Shown: positions 1 through 9,675 of the stretch, piece by piece
How the letters are laid out: each line of letters opens with the position of its first letter
How positions within the stretch are numbered: position 1 is the stretch's first letter
Assembly (NCBI GenBank): GCA_016183325.1
Contig: JACPEV010000013.1
Coordinates: forward strand, 4,837 to 68,836
Length of the DNA: 64,000 nt
Direction: 5' to 3'
Source: Candidatus Curtissbacteria bacterium
GTDB taxonomy: Bacteria; Patescibacteriota; Microgenomatia; Curtissbacterales; GWA2-41-24
The notes under the pieces: model-generated
Databases searched by the model: none
What the model saw: only the letters and a program-made list of their open reading frames with translations
Told to the model about the DNA's origin: nothing
Made by a program: the position numbers and the translations under genes

Positions 1-433
<433 letters not shown>

Positions 434-502
434 CTAAAACTTTTTAAATTTTTAAATTATTTAGGTCAATTAGATCAATTAGAATAATTAGGTTAATTTT
501 CA

Positions 503-1354
503 TTATTCAAGTGCTGCTTGCGCTGTTACAATATCCAAAAGTTCTTTGGTGATAGCTTCCTGGCGTGCTTGATTATAGGTTAGCGTTAGGTCTTCAACTA
601 AATCGCTGGCGGCGTCGGTGGCATTTTTCATGGCGACCATTCTGGCGCTGTGTTCCGAGGCTTTGGCTTCAAGTAAGGCTTGATAGATGCGGGTTAAAAC
701 AAAATGAGGCAGGATACTTTCCAGGATTCTGTCAGGCGAAGGTTCAAAAAGAAGAATATCCTTTAAGGGCCCATTTTCTGGTGATTTCACTTCTTCCAGC
801 TCAATTGGGAGGAGTTTAATAGTGGTTGGGACTTGTTTGATAGTGGTGACAAATTGCGGATAGACTATAAAAACGCTATTGACTTCTTGGGTTACAAAAG
901 AGCCAATGGCAAGTCTAGTTAAGGTTCTGGCAAGGTCTAAAAATGGTTGTTCATCCGACAAAAAGCTTGCTAAGAGCGACTTGCCGGTTTTGACGGTGAA
1001 AGTGAGGCCTTTTTTGCCGACGACGACAAATTTGACTGGATTGCCATTCTTGGTAGCAGCTTCTCTAATAACATTCAGATTGAGACCACCGACCAATCCA
1101 CGATCGGATGTTATTAAAATAACTAACTGAGACGGAGCACCAGTGGGCGTGAGTAATTGATGACGCTGTTTGTGAGTTTTTGGGCGGACTTCTGAGATCA
1201 TTTGATTGAGGGCAATAGTATAAGGCCGGGAAGAGAGAGCTTTTTCTTGGCTTTTGCGCATTTTGGCGGCGGCCACAAGTTCCATGGCATGGGTGACTTT
1301 GGCTGTATTATTGATAGACTTGATTCTTCTTTTGATTTCCCTGATTTGAGCCAT
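503..1354 (-). CDS. atpG: ATP synthase F1 gamma subunit
   Basis: 283 aa. N-terminus MAQIREIKRRIKSINNTAKVTHAMELVAAAKMRK is the conserved gamma-subunit start. Lies between atpA and atpD. Confidence 0.9.
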   Translation of the reverse strand: MAQIREIKRRIKSINNTAKVTHAMELVAAAKMRKSQEKALSSRPYTIALNQMISEVRPKTHKQRHQLLTPTGAPSQLVILITSDRGLVGGLNLNVIREAATKNGNPVKFVVVGKKGLTFTVKTGKSLLASFLSDEQPFLDLARTLTRLAIGSFVTQEVNSVFIVYPQFVTTIKQVPTTIKLLPIELEEVKSPENGPLKDILLFEPSPDRILESILPHFVLTRIYQALLEAKASEHSARMVAMKNATDAASDLVEDLTLTYNQARQEAITKELLDIVTAQAALE

Positions 1355-1393
1355 AGCTGGGTTGTCAGGTCACTAGGTAATCTGGTTGTCAGG

Positions 1394-2995
1394 TTAGCGC
1401 CTCGACTTCCTCCTTTTTGGAACCGCTTTTTTGGGTTGCCTTTTTGTTTTACGTTCTTCCTGATTACCTGATGTCCCGGTCACCTGATTACCTAGCGACT
1501 GGATAAGTCGCTCTAATTCTTTGGTGGCATATTCATCGATTTCTTTTTTGGAATCAAGATAATCTTTAAGTTTTTTGTTGGTACTTATGGCAAGGATAAT
1601 TTGTTGTTCAACTTCGGTAACTTTAGAGACCGGAACTTGGTCAAAATAACCATGATTTGCCGCCCAGATGACAACAACCTGAAATGAGACATCCATGGGT
1701 TTTAACTGATCTTGCTTTAAAATTTCGACTAACCTCTTGCCGCGTTCGAGTCGGGCTTGAGTAGCCGCATCAAGGTCAGAACCAAACTGGGCAAATGTAG
1801 CAAGCTCTCTATACTGTGCTAGATCAAGACGAAGACTGCCGGCAACCTGCTTCATCATTTTAACTTGGGCGGCACCACCGACACGGGAGACAGAGAGTCC
1901 GGGATTAACAGCAGGCCTGATGCCGGCGTTAAAGAGGTCGGCTTCAAGGTATATTTGGCCATCGGTTATGGAGATGACATTGGTAGGAATGTAGGCAGAA
2001 ACATCGCCGGCTTGAGTTTCGATAATCGGTAGAGCTGTTAGGGAGCCGCCCCCGTGCTTGTCGCTCATTCTCGCTGCTCGCTCAAGTAATCTTGAGTGAA
2101 GATAAAAGATGTCGCCAGGATAGGCTTCACGGCCAGAGGGTCGTTTGAGAAGAAGCGAAATTTGTCGGAAGGCCCAAGCATGTTTGGTGAGATCGTCGTA
2201 GATTACCAGAGCATCACTACCCTGGTCCATGAAATACTCTCCCATTGCACAGCCAGCATAGGGAGCAACATATTGCATAGTTGCCGAATCAGAGGCTGAG
2301 GCGGCAACGACGATTGTGTGATCCATGGCCTTGTATTTTTTGAGAGTGGCGACAACATGGGCGATTTTGCTGGTTTTTTGGCCGATGGCAACGTAAATGC
2401 AGATAACATTCTTGCCCTTTTGATTGATGATGGTGTCGATACAGATAGCGGTTTTACCTAAAGTTCGGTCTCCGATAATAAGTTCTCGCTGACCACGGCC
2501 AATTGGAATCATTGAGTCGATAGCCTTAAGACCAGTTTGAAGCGGAGTGTTGACTCTCTGGCGAAAAATAACGCCGGGAGCTATTTTTTCGGTGGGGTAG
2601 AAGGTGCGAGTATTAATCGGGCCTTTGCCGTCAATGGGTTTACCAAGGGCATCCACAACCCGGCCAATAAGAGCGTCACCTACCGGGACTTCGAGGACTC
2701 TACCGGTTGTTTGACACTCATCACCTTCCTGCAGTTTTGCCCATTCACCAAAGATAATAACACCTACATTGTCTTGTTCTAAATTAAGAGCAAGACCGGT
2801 GATATTATGGCCACCGGCCCGGTGGGCCTCTGGCCCGGAGGGAGGGAAGGAAACAATTTCTGAGGCGGCTACGTCTGAAAGACCAGAGACTTGAGCTACG
2901 CCGTCGCCAATTTCGATGATTTTGCCCACGTTTTTGGGAGTTGTAGTCAGTTTTGCTCTGTCTATGTGCTTTTCGATTTCGTCGATAATGTCCAT
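1394..2995 (-). CDS. atpA: ATP synthase F1 alpha subunit with a Lys/Arg-rich C-terminal extension
   Basis: 533 aa. Walker A GDRTLGKT and conserved alpha-subunit blocks. The C-terminal tail [33 protein letters not shown] is encoded by 'ggtaatcagg'-type repeat sequence. Confidence 0.92.
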   Translation of the reverse strand: MDIIDEIEKHIDRAKLTTTPKNVGKIIEIGDGVAQVSGLSDVAASEIVSFPPSGPEAHRAGGHNITGLALNLEQDNVGVIIFGEWAKLQEGDECQTTGRVLEVPVGDALIGRVVDALGKPIDGKGPINTRTFYPTEKIAPGVIFRQRVNTPLQTGLKAIDSMIPIGRGQRELIIGDRTLGKTAICIDTIINQKGKNVICIYVAIGQKTSKIAHVVATLKKYKAMDHTIVVAASASDSATMQYVAPYAGCAMGEYFMDQGSDALVIYDDLTKHAWAFRQISLLLKRPSGREAYPGDIFYLHSRLLERAARMSDKHGGGSLTALPIIETQAGDVSAYIPTNVISITDGQIYLEADLFNAGIRPAVNPGLSVSRVGGAAQVKMMKQVAGSLRLDLAQYRELATFAQFGSDLDAATQARLERGKRLVEILKQDQLKPMDVSFQVVVIWAANHGYFDQVPVSKVTEVEQQIILAISTNKKLKDYLDSKKEIDEYATKELERLIQSLGNQVTGTSGNQEERKTKRQPKKAVPKRRKSRR

Positions 2996-3164
2996 ATTTA
3001 GAAATTGGTTACTGGAAACTGGAAAGTGGTAATAGAAATTTGATAGTAGAAAATAGTTAACAGTTAATTTTCTATCTTTCTATTTTCCATTTTCCATTAC
3101 AATTTTCAACTTTCTAATAACCATTTTCTTCCTAATTCAGATTTCGTGTTTCGAATTTCGAATT

Positions 3165-3551
3165 TCATATCTCAGCTGTTAATTGTTTAAGTTTTGCCTC
3201 CAGTGTGGCGTCCCAAATCCAGTCGCCGTGAGTTATCTTGGTGCCTGAGATAAACACTGGGTTAGTTTTAAATAAAATTTTTCGGGCATGGGTTTTTTCA
3301 ATTAGAGTTTTTTCGAGTTGTTTCCAATTAGTCGGTTTTTGTGCGGCTTCCACAATGACTTCTTCTTTTGCGAGGGATGTTTCTACTTGTCTTTTGAAAG
3401 CTTTCAAGATATTAGAATAACCTGCCGGTTTTTGTCTTGATAGTGCTTTTAATACCAGGTGAATCTTACTGGGTTCAATGTGGCCTTCAGGAGTGCAGCA
3501 TTTTTTGCATAACGATTTAGCAATTTGGATAGTCTTTTTGCGGCTTATCAT
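3165..3551 (-). CDS. atpH: ATP synthase F1 delta subunit (OSCP)
   Basis: 128 aa ORF between atpF and atpA. Composition is delta-like, although it is short for this subunit. Confidence 0.65.
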   Translation of the reverse strand: MISRKKTIQIAKSLCKKCCTPEGHIEPSKIHLVLKALSRQKPAGYSNILKAFKRQVETSLAKEEVIVEAAQKPTNWKQLEKTLIEKTHARKILFKTNPVFISGTKITHGDWIWDATLEAKLKQLTAEI

Positions 3552-3552
3552 T

Positions 3553-4056
3553 TTACATTTGTTTAGTTATTTCTGTTATAGCTTTTGAGGTTAATTCTTG
3601 TTTTTCTTGAGTTTTTAGAGTTCGACCTAAAACTTTTTTGACTACTTCTGCAACGAGGACCAGTGTTTCTTTTTCAAGTTGTTTTTGCATCTGTCGCTTT
3701 TGGATTTGAGATTGGGCGATAGCTTCTTTTTTAGCTTCGTCAATCGTTTTTTTGGCTTCATCAAGCGCCTGTTGAGAGATACGCTCCGACTCTTTATTTG
3801 CTTGAGTGATTAATTCTTGGGCACTCTCTCTTGCTTCTTCAAGAATTTGGATGGATTTTTCTTCGGTCATTTTTAGGTTCTTTTCAATCAGATCGGCATT
3901 TTTTAAACTTTCCTCAATTCTTTTTTTGCGATCTTCCAGGGCTTTGGTGATGGGTTTATAAAAGAACTTTTTTAAAAGGAAAAGAATAATTAAAAAGTTG
4001 ACAATTTGGGCAAGAAGGTAAATTGGTTGAATGCCGAAATTATGTAAAATCTCCAT
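3553..4056 (-). CDS. atpF: ATP synthase Fo subunit b
   Basis: 167 aa with an N-terminal TM helix followed by a long charged coiled coil (EEARESAQELITQANKESERISQQALDEAKK). Operon position fits. Confidence 0.75.
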   Translation of the reverse strand: MEILHNFGIQPIYLLAQIVNFLIILFLLKKFFYKPITKALEDRKKRIEESLKNADLIEKNLKMTEEKSIQILEEARESAQELITQANKESERISQQALDEAKKTIDEAKKEAIAQSQIQKRQMQKQLEKETLVLVAEVVKKVLGRTLKTQEKQELTSKAITEITKQM

Positions 4057-4145
4057 AGAAATTTTGGGTTATCAGGTTTCCAGGTAGTCAGGTCGTCGGG
4101 AAACAAAACCTGATTACCCGATAGCCTGAATACCTGATTACCAGC

Positions 4146-4373
<228 letters not shown>

Positions 4374-4405
4374 CTAAGTCACTTAAGTCACTTAGGATAC
4401 TTAAG

Positions 4406-5212
4406 TCAATGCGTTTTCTGCGTTAAGATTACCATAAAAACTAAAGTAAGCATAGAGAAAATTAAGGCTTGGACAAATCCGATCAGAATTTCCAAGAAGT
4501 AAAAAGGGATCGGTACAATAAAGGCAAAAAGTTTTGTTGAGGCGGTTGCCAAAAGGACTTCGCCTGCAAAGATGTTTCCGAAAAGACGAAAAGATAGAGA
4601 TAGGATTTTGGTTATCTCACCGATGATTTCCAAAAAACCGACGAACAGGAAAATTGGATTAAGGCTCAGGAATTTTGCGATATAACCTGAGAGACCTAGA
4701 TATTTGATTGATAAATAATGTGTTGTTACCAGTGAGACTATTGCAAGAGCTACAGTTGTATTTAAATCGGAATTTATTGATCTAAAAAATGGTACGAAGA
4801 CTGGTAGCTGGCCTTCGGCTCTGAGGTCTTCGACTCCGAGGCTCAGACTCGAGGAGCTCAGACTCGAAGAGTTGCTGGTAGCTGGTTGCTGGTAGAATCC
4901 TATAGTGCCAACACCAGGAATTAACCCGAGATAATTGCCAAATAAAATAAAAAAGAAAAAACTGGCTATAATTGGCAAAAAAACTTTAGTTTTGTCACCG
5001 GCTATTGTAATGACTAAATCCTGGAATGACTCGAGCATGAATTCGGCAATATTTTGGAAACCTTGGGGAATGGCGGTAATTTTTTTGGTAGCGGTTAGGG
5101 CAAAAGTGATTAAGATAATCGTGACAAGCCAAGTTGTGAGAAGACTGTTGGTGACAGGCAATGGACCTATTGAAAATAATTTCTCTGCCGCTAGAGCAAC
5201 GTGCGCTTCCAT
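4406..5212 (-). CDS. atpB: ATP synthase Fo subunit a
   Basis: 268 aa polytopic membrane protein with the conserved LSLSFRLFGNIFAGE motif (subunit-a Arg). Confidence 0.85.
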   Translation of the reverse strand: MEAHVALAAEKLFSIGPLPVTNSLLTTWLVTIILITFALTATKKITAIPQGFQNIAEFMLESFQDLVITIAGDKTKVFLPIIASFFFFILFGNYLGLIPGVGTIGFYQQPATSNSSSLSSSSLSLGVEDLRAEGQLPVFVPFFRSINSDLNTTVALAIVSLVTTHYLSIKYLGLSGYIAKFLSLNPIFLFVGFLEIIGEITKILSLSFRLFGNIFAGEVLLATASTKLFAFIVPIPFYFLEILIGFVQALIFSMLTLVFMVILTQKTH

Positions 5213-5223
5213 GTCTAATTACA

Positions 5224-5586
5224 TTATAAAGGGCTGATTCCCTGAAATGTTGCAATAAGAGTATTAACAACGAGCGAAGGTTTAATTTCTCTTAGCGAGT
5301 TTGCAAACTTATTGGCGTTTTGGCGATGTGTTTCAATCGAATTGTCTTGTTGGTATGCTCCGCAATCTTCATGTTCGTAAATATAAACTTGGTCAGGGTC
5401 ATGAAGTCTTATAGAAAGCGCAGTAGCTTCGAGGACTTTATCGTGGTCTTTTGATGCTCCGGGCCAGGAGATGCGGTCGCAATTTCCTTCAAGATGTCGT
5501 TTTTCAAGATCTTTTTCGATCATTTGTTGAAAGCGGAAGTCGATACAGGTAATGGCAGCCGCTTGAGCTTTGTGTTTAACTGACAT
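5224..5586 (-). CDS. small beta-carbonic-anhydrase-like protein
   Basis: Carries CIDFR and HEDCG, matching the beta-CA zinc-ligand motifs CxDxR and HxxCG. Probable start is MSVKHK at 5586 rather than the upstream Met of the ORF track. Confidence 0.4.
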   Translation of the reverse strand: MSVKHKAQAAAITCIDFRFQQMIEKDLEKRHLEGNCDRISWPGASKDHDKVLEATALSIRLHDPDQVYIYEHEDCGAYQQDNSIETHRQNANKFANSLREIKPSLVVNTLIATFQGISPL

Positions 5587-5840
5587 AATTTTCCCTAAAA
5601 AAAGGCTGTTTGGACTATCCAAACGCCTCAAGGGGATTATATATCAGCCATGTTTTGATTGGCAAGCTGGTATACTAATAATCTAATCGAAATGATCTAC
5701 TTTCCTGAAGTCATTCTCGACCTGTCTGCTTCCAGCGACCCGCAGGGGTCGAGAATCCAGATCCTCGCTCTGAATTAATAATTCGAGTCGTAGACTTTCG
5801 CGAGGATGACAAATAAGGGCGCGGAATAACGAGAGATAAA

Positions 5841-5987
5841 GATGTTAATTAAATTTCTATTTTTTCTTCTTGCGATTGGACTTATCTTTTTAACGTTTTT
5901 TGTTTCGTGGTTTTGGAGGCTTCTTCTTGTGCCGATGATTGTGATTTTGTTGTGGGATGGAGTTAGAGGGTTGATAGGAAAGAATTG
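5841..5987 (+). CDS. possible small membrane protein (47 aa), not in the ORF track
   Basis: Manual translation: MLIKFLFFLLAIGLIFLTFFVSWFWRLLLVPMIVILLWDGVRGLIGKN. Hydrophobic with two TM segments. No homology claimed. Confidence 0.2.
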
Positions 5988-6080
5988 ACCTAATTCACCT
6001 AATTGATCTAATTTCTAACTTCGGTCAACTTAGGATTACAGCTCTTCGAGCTTAACCCTTCAACTGCGTTCAGGGTAAAG

Positions 6081-6953
6081 TTAGAGTTCCTCTAACTTTA
6101 CTTTCTCCTCGCCGTGGGGGAGTTGGATTAGGGAAAGATAGCGCTCGGTTGTGGAAAGACGTTTGTGGCCGGCGATTTTACTGATTAAGACGAGTGAGGC
6201 ACCGGATGAGAGGTGATGTGAAACCCAGGTGTGTCTGAGGTCATTGACTTTGGCGCCAGTAATTCCAGCTTTTCTGTAATTGCGGTCGATAGCAGTTCTT
6301 ATATTTCTGACTAGAAGAGGTTTGCCAGTTTTGGTAATGAAGAGAGCTTTGTTGGCGGTTTTTGGTCTGATTTCTATGTATCTTTTAAGAGCGATTTCGG
6401 CCGATTTGTTTAAGGGAACTGTTCTTTCGTTTCTGTTTTCCTGGGGTCTTACGTAAAGGTGGCCTTCTTTGCCATTACCAAAGAAGACGTCATCGGTTCG
6501 CAGGTTTGCCAGCTCGCCAATTCTGATGCCACATTGAAGTAGTACTTCGATAATGGCGGCGATTCTAATGTCATCTCGGGCTGCGTCGCGAAGAGCTCTA
6601 TATTCGGTTGGTGAGAGAATTCTTGGAGGTTTGGTTTCAAATTTTGGATGGTCAACGAGATTAGCCGGGTCATCGGTTATGTATTCCTGGATCTTTAGGA
6701 AGCGGAAGAAAGTTTTAGTGGAGTTTAACTTTCGAGAGATAGACTTTGGGGTATAACCATTTTTTTGAAGTTTGGCCAGAAAGCCGTTGATATCATCTGC
6801 CGTGACTTCGTGGACGTGAGCCTTGGATAGTTCCTGTAAAAATTCGACAAGCTGTTCGATATCTTTGCCGTAGGCTAAGATTGTGGCAGACGTACGTTTT
6901 TTATTTTTAAGATGCTCAATAAATTCCTTATGAGCTTCTGACAATTTCTTCAT
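6081..6953 (-). CDS. site-specific tyrosine recombinase, XerC/XerD family
   Basis: 290 aa. The C-terminal catalytic region LRHTWVSHHLSSGASLVLISKIAGHKRLSTTERYLSL supplies the R..H..R..Y residues, and the N-terminal domain is SAM-like. Confidence 0.85.
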   Translation of the reverse strand: MKKLSEAHKEFIEHLKNKKRTSATILAYGKDIEQLVEFLQELSKAHVHEVTADDINGFLAKLQKNGYTPKSISRKLNSTKTFFRFLKIQEYITDDPANLVDHPKFETKPPRILSPTEYRALRDAARDDIRIAAIIEVLLQCGIRIGELANLRTDDVFFGNGKEGHLYVRPQENRNERTVPLNKSAEIALKRYIEIRPKTANKALFITKTGKPLLVRNIRTAIDRNYRKAGITGAKVNDLRHTWVSHHLSSGASLVLISKIAGHKRLSTTERYLSLIQLPHGEEKVKLEEL

Positions 6954-7111
6954 AAGATCTAAGCAGACACATTTGGCAGTAGATAGGGTGGGGTATCACA
7001 AACAGTGGTCAGTATACTGCAGTCTATGGGTCTTGTCAAGAAGAAAACCTATGGGGTCTTATTTTAATTCAAACCGGGCGCGAGATATGATAGTTTAGGG
7101 GTTAACTTGGG

Positions 7112-7462
7112 ATGAAACGTAACCTGCTACTTTTAGGAGCCGTTTTGATTAGCATTATCTTGGTTGTAAATAGTACCAAGAAGATCATGATGTTTAGAAG
7201 TACATCGCAGAAGATAGATGATCTTGAGGCTAGGTTGGAGAGGTTAAGGGAAGAGAATCGCCAACTTAAAGAAGAGCTTGAATATAAAAAAACTGACCAG
7301 TTTGCGGAAGGTGAGATTAGGAATAAGTTGGGTTTGGTTAAGGAAGGCGAGGCAGTGGTGATTGTGCCCAAGGCCGACGAACGAGAAACGACTAACGAGG
7401 AAAGTCAAGGACCCAAGCAGTCAAACTGGCAGAAGTGGTGGGATATGTTTTTTGGAAGTTAG
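7112..7462 (+). CDS. septum formation initiator, FtsB/DivIC-like
   Basis: An N-terminal TM helix, then a coiled coil (IDDLEARLERLREENRQLKEELEYKK), then a conserved GEIRNKLGLVKEGE box. Confidence 0.55.
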   Translation: MKRNLLLLGAVLISIILVVNSTKKIMMFRSTSQKIDDLEARLERLREENRQLKEELEYKKTDQFAEGEIRNKLGLVKEGEAVVIVPKADERETTNEESQGPKQSNWQKWWDMFFGS

Positions 7463-7700
7463 TGACAGGGGTGGGAATCGAACCCACAACCTAGAGGTTA
7501 TATCTTCCTCTCGCCAAAGGCGAGAGCGATATATCACCTTGTGGCAACGGCAGGATTCGAACCTGCGACCTAGGCTTTATGAGGGCCCCGCTCTACCACT
7601 GAGCTACGCTGCCGAAGATATATCAGATTCCCGCTCTGCGGGAAGGCTGATATGATTCTCTCGCTCTACCATTGAGCTACCCTGCCGAATGTAAGAGGTA
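7462..7700 (-). tRNA. interrupted tRNA(CAU)-like gene; its 5' half (7617-7700) and 3' half (7462-7540) flank an intact tRNA
   Basis: Minus-strand reading of the 5' half: GGCAGGGTAGCTCAATGGTAGAGCGAGAGAATCATA. Minus-strand reading of the 3' half: CCTCTAGGTTGTGGGTTCGATTCCCACCCCTGTCA. The acceptor halves GGCAGGG and CCCTGTC pair with one G-U. Both D and T arms are canonical. About 155 nt, including a complete tRNA, sits in the anticodon region. Confidence 0.35.
7542..7613 (-). tRNA. tRNA-Met (anticodon CAU), elongator type; could alternatively be tRNA-Ile2
   Basis: Minus-strand sequence GGCAGCGTAGCTCAGTGGTAGAGCGGGGCCCTCATAAAGCCTAGGTCGCAGGTTCGAATCCTGCCGTTGCCA. G1-C72 is paired, the loop is CTCATAA and the T-loop is TTCGAAT. 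There is one 31-39 mismatch. Confidence 0.6.
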
Positions 7701-7862
7701 TTCTAACAAAAGTTTTTAGATAAAAAAAGACTCGGCCACTTGTGTCGAATCTTTTTTGATGTTCTATTTTGTTTTAACCAACTTCCGAAGGAAGTTGAAA
7801 CGAGAAATGACGTAGCGGTTAAGTTTCTTTAGAAGAAACTGTTAAGCGAAGTCCATTTCGAG

Positions 7863-7937
7863 TTGGTAGCGGGGGCGGGAGTCGAACCCACTTCTGGAGA
7901 TTATGAGCCTCCCGAGATACCGTTTCTCCACCCCGCG
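7863..7937 (-). tRNA. initiator tRNA-fMet (anticodon CAU)
   Basis: Minus-strand sequence CGCGGGGTGGAGAAACGGTATCTCGGGAGGCTCATAATCTCCAGAAGTGGGTTCGACTCCCGCCCCCGCTACCA. The first 11 nt and the 3' CCCCCGC(A/T)ACCA match E. coli tRNAfMet. Positions 1:72 are unpaired (C1:U72), a feature of initiator tRNAs. CCA is encoded. Confidence 0.8.
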
Positions 7938-8012
7938 TCGAATATTAATTCAGTTTGCCTATTTTAGCCTTAGACGAACGGCAAGTCAAGCCTGTAGTAT
8001 CAGCCCCATAGT

Positions 8013-8627
8013 TTGACGGGTTTGAAGTGGCTTGATATAATTCCGATTATTATGAGCAATGTGGAGAGGAATTTTATCCAGAGCAGAGGAGAGTTTTTTC
8101 CCGTAAAGGAGGTTTCAGCCGAGGGTGCTGAGCCGCAAAGTTTACTTGTAGCGCTTCTGAAAACACGGATAGCAGATTTGGAAAGGGCCGTACAGGTATT
8201 AGGGGAAGCTGCGAAGAGGGTGCAAGCTTCGGAGGCAAAAGCTCGGGAAGCTGAACAGAAAGCAACTTCATATGCAACGCGGCTTGGAGATACTTTAGTG
8301 ATTAACCAAAATTTGATTAGAGAGAATCAATCTTTAAGAAGAGAAAATGAAGCAATTAAACAAACAGCTCTTAATGCTGCTAAACCACGTGAACGAGCTG
8401 TGGATCCACGGGATCCACAAGGTTACTATAGAGCATTAGGAGTTGATCCTGACGATGTAGGGAGGATGCCTGTTGATGAAGCTGACGATTACATCACAAG
8501 ATTGTGGCGTACCCATTCAATGGTTCGACATCCAGATCATGGTGGAGATACAAGAAGGCAACAGGTTTTAAATGAAGCTTATGAGTTTTTAAAAAGTCCT
8601 CTTAATAGACGTCAATACGGTAGGTAG
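8013..8627 (+). CDS. J-domain (DnaJ-like) protein with an N-terminal coiled coil
   Basis: C-terminal J-domain YYRALGVDPDDVGRMPVDEADDYITRLWRTHSMVRHPDHGGDTRRQQVLNEAYEFLKSP, with HPD at the expected position. Confidence 0.7.
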   Translation: MTGLKWLDIIPIIMSNVERNFIQSRGEFFPVKEVSAEGAEPQSLLVALLKTRIADLERAVQVLGEAAKRVQASEAKAREAEQKATSYATRLGDTLVINQNLIRENQSLRRENEAIKQTALNAAKPRERAVDPRDPQGYYRALGVDPDDVGRMPVDEADDYITRLWRTHSMVRHPDHGGDTRRQQVLNEAYEFLKSPLNRRQYGR

Positions 8628-8737
8628 GTGATTTGCATCTTTTGACATTGGTTGATATAATTAGAATTGAAAAGTTGCAATGCTCTTTTGAGGTGGATTA
8701 GGGATCGAACTCGCCACCGAGTCAGACTCGGTTACAG

Positions 8738-9001
8738 GTGAGTTTTTTTGTGGGAAAAATTATGATTGAAATGATTTATGGTAACGGAGTACCCCAGGAA
8801 GTTAGGGTTAGGGGACAAAGGTCGGGTCATGTTTGTTCTTTCTGTGGGGATGTTGCTAAACATTCGATAATGGTAAGCGCTTTTTTTGATAATCAACGGA
8901 GCGAAGATTTGATGCGGTTTAGGACTTGTGGGGATTGCGAAGGGTTAAGAACGATAGGTGAACTTTCTGAAGACGACCTGATGTTACGTTATAATAAATG
9001 A
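8738..9001 (+). CDS. hypothetical small protein with two CxxC pairs (possible zinc ribbon)
   Basis: CSFCGD...CGDCEG. No further homology recognised. Confidence 0.3.
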   Translation: MSFFVGKIMIEMIYGNGVPQEVRVRGQRSGHVCSFCGDVAKHSIMVSAFFDNQRSEDLMRFRTCGDCEGLRTIGELSEDDLMLRYNK

Positions 9002-9023
9002 CAAGTACCACAAAGAGGAGCAG

Positions 9024-9100
9024 ATGACTAAAAAGAGGATATTGACAGGAGATAGACCTACCGGCAGATTACATCTGGGGCATTATGTCGGCTCGCTTGA
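9024..9100 (+). pseudogene. duplicated N-terminal fragment of trpS (25 codons, ending in a stop)
   Basis: Encodes [26 protein letters not shown]. Nucleotides 9030-9098 match the start of the intact trpS (9694-9772) at all but about four positions. Confidence 0.6.
9030..9098 (+). repeat. direct repeat of about 70 bp (partner 9694-9772) flanking the inserted NYN-domain gene
   Basis: aaaaagaggatattgacaggaga(t/c)agacctaccggcagattacatct(g/t)gggcattatgtcggctc(g/a)ctt is present twice. Confidence 0.8.
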
Positions 9101-9622
9101 ATGAAAAGGAGTAAGAAAACCGTCAAGACTTATGCGTTTGTTGATGCCTCCAATATTATTTATGGAACGCGCGATGATGGATGGAAGGTTGATTTTAAGA
9201 AGTTGTTTAAGTATTTAAAAGAGCGTTATAACTGTAAGGCAATTTACTATTTTGGAGGGGTTGAGAAAAACAACGAAAAACAGCAATCTTTTTACAGGAA
9301 GCTCAGATTTTTTGGCTATGAACTTGTTCTAAAGCCAGTCAAGATCTATCGTCAGCCTGATGGTGGTTCTGTCAGGAAGGCGAATTGTGATGTGGACCTC
9401 ACGTTTTATGCGATGAGAGATAAGGACAAATTCGATCGTGGTATCTTTATGACAGGGGATGGGGATTTTGCAATTCTATTGGAATATCTTATTAAGAGCG
9501 GTAAACAAGTTCAGGTTATTGCAAGTGGCAAGCGTACAGCTAGAGAATTACGAAGGGTGGTAAGAGAATATTTTACTGAGATAGGATCATTGAGGCAATT
9601 ACTTAAGTATAAAAAAAGGTAG
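9101..9622 (+). CDS. NYN-domain (LabA-like PIN-fold) ribonuclease-family protein
   Basis: VDASNIIYG near the N-terminus and [14 protein letters not shown] later, matching the NYN/LabA acidic motifs. Sits between the two copies of the trpS 5' repeat. Confidence 0.6.
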   Translation: MKRSKKTVKTYAFVDASNIIYGTRDDGWKVDFKKLFKYLKERYNCKAIYYFGGVEKNNEKQQSFYRKLRFFGYELVLKPVKIYRQPDGGSVRKANCDVDLTFYAMRDKDKFDRGIFMTGDGDFAILLEYLIKSGKQVQVIASGKRTARELRRVVREYFTEIGSLRQLLKYKKR

Positions 9623-9675
9623 ACTCTACGAACGAATCTACCTTATGTTTTATGAAATCAAGATAACAGATATTT

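Noticed and set aside
8690-8760. tRNA-like fragment (ggtggattagggatcgaactcgcc...)
   Set aside because: It has a T-loop-like ttcgatc, but no acceptor or D-arm pairing could be built. It shares only the ggtggattag word with the repeats at 52840-52915.
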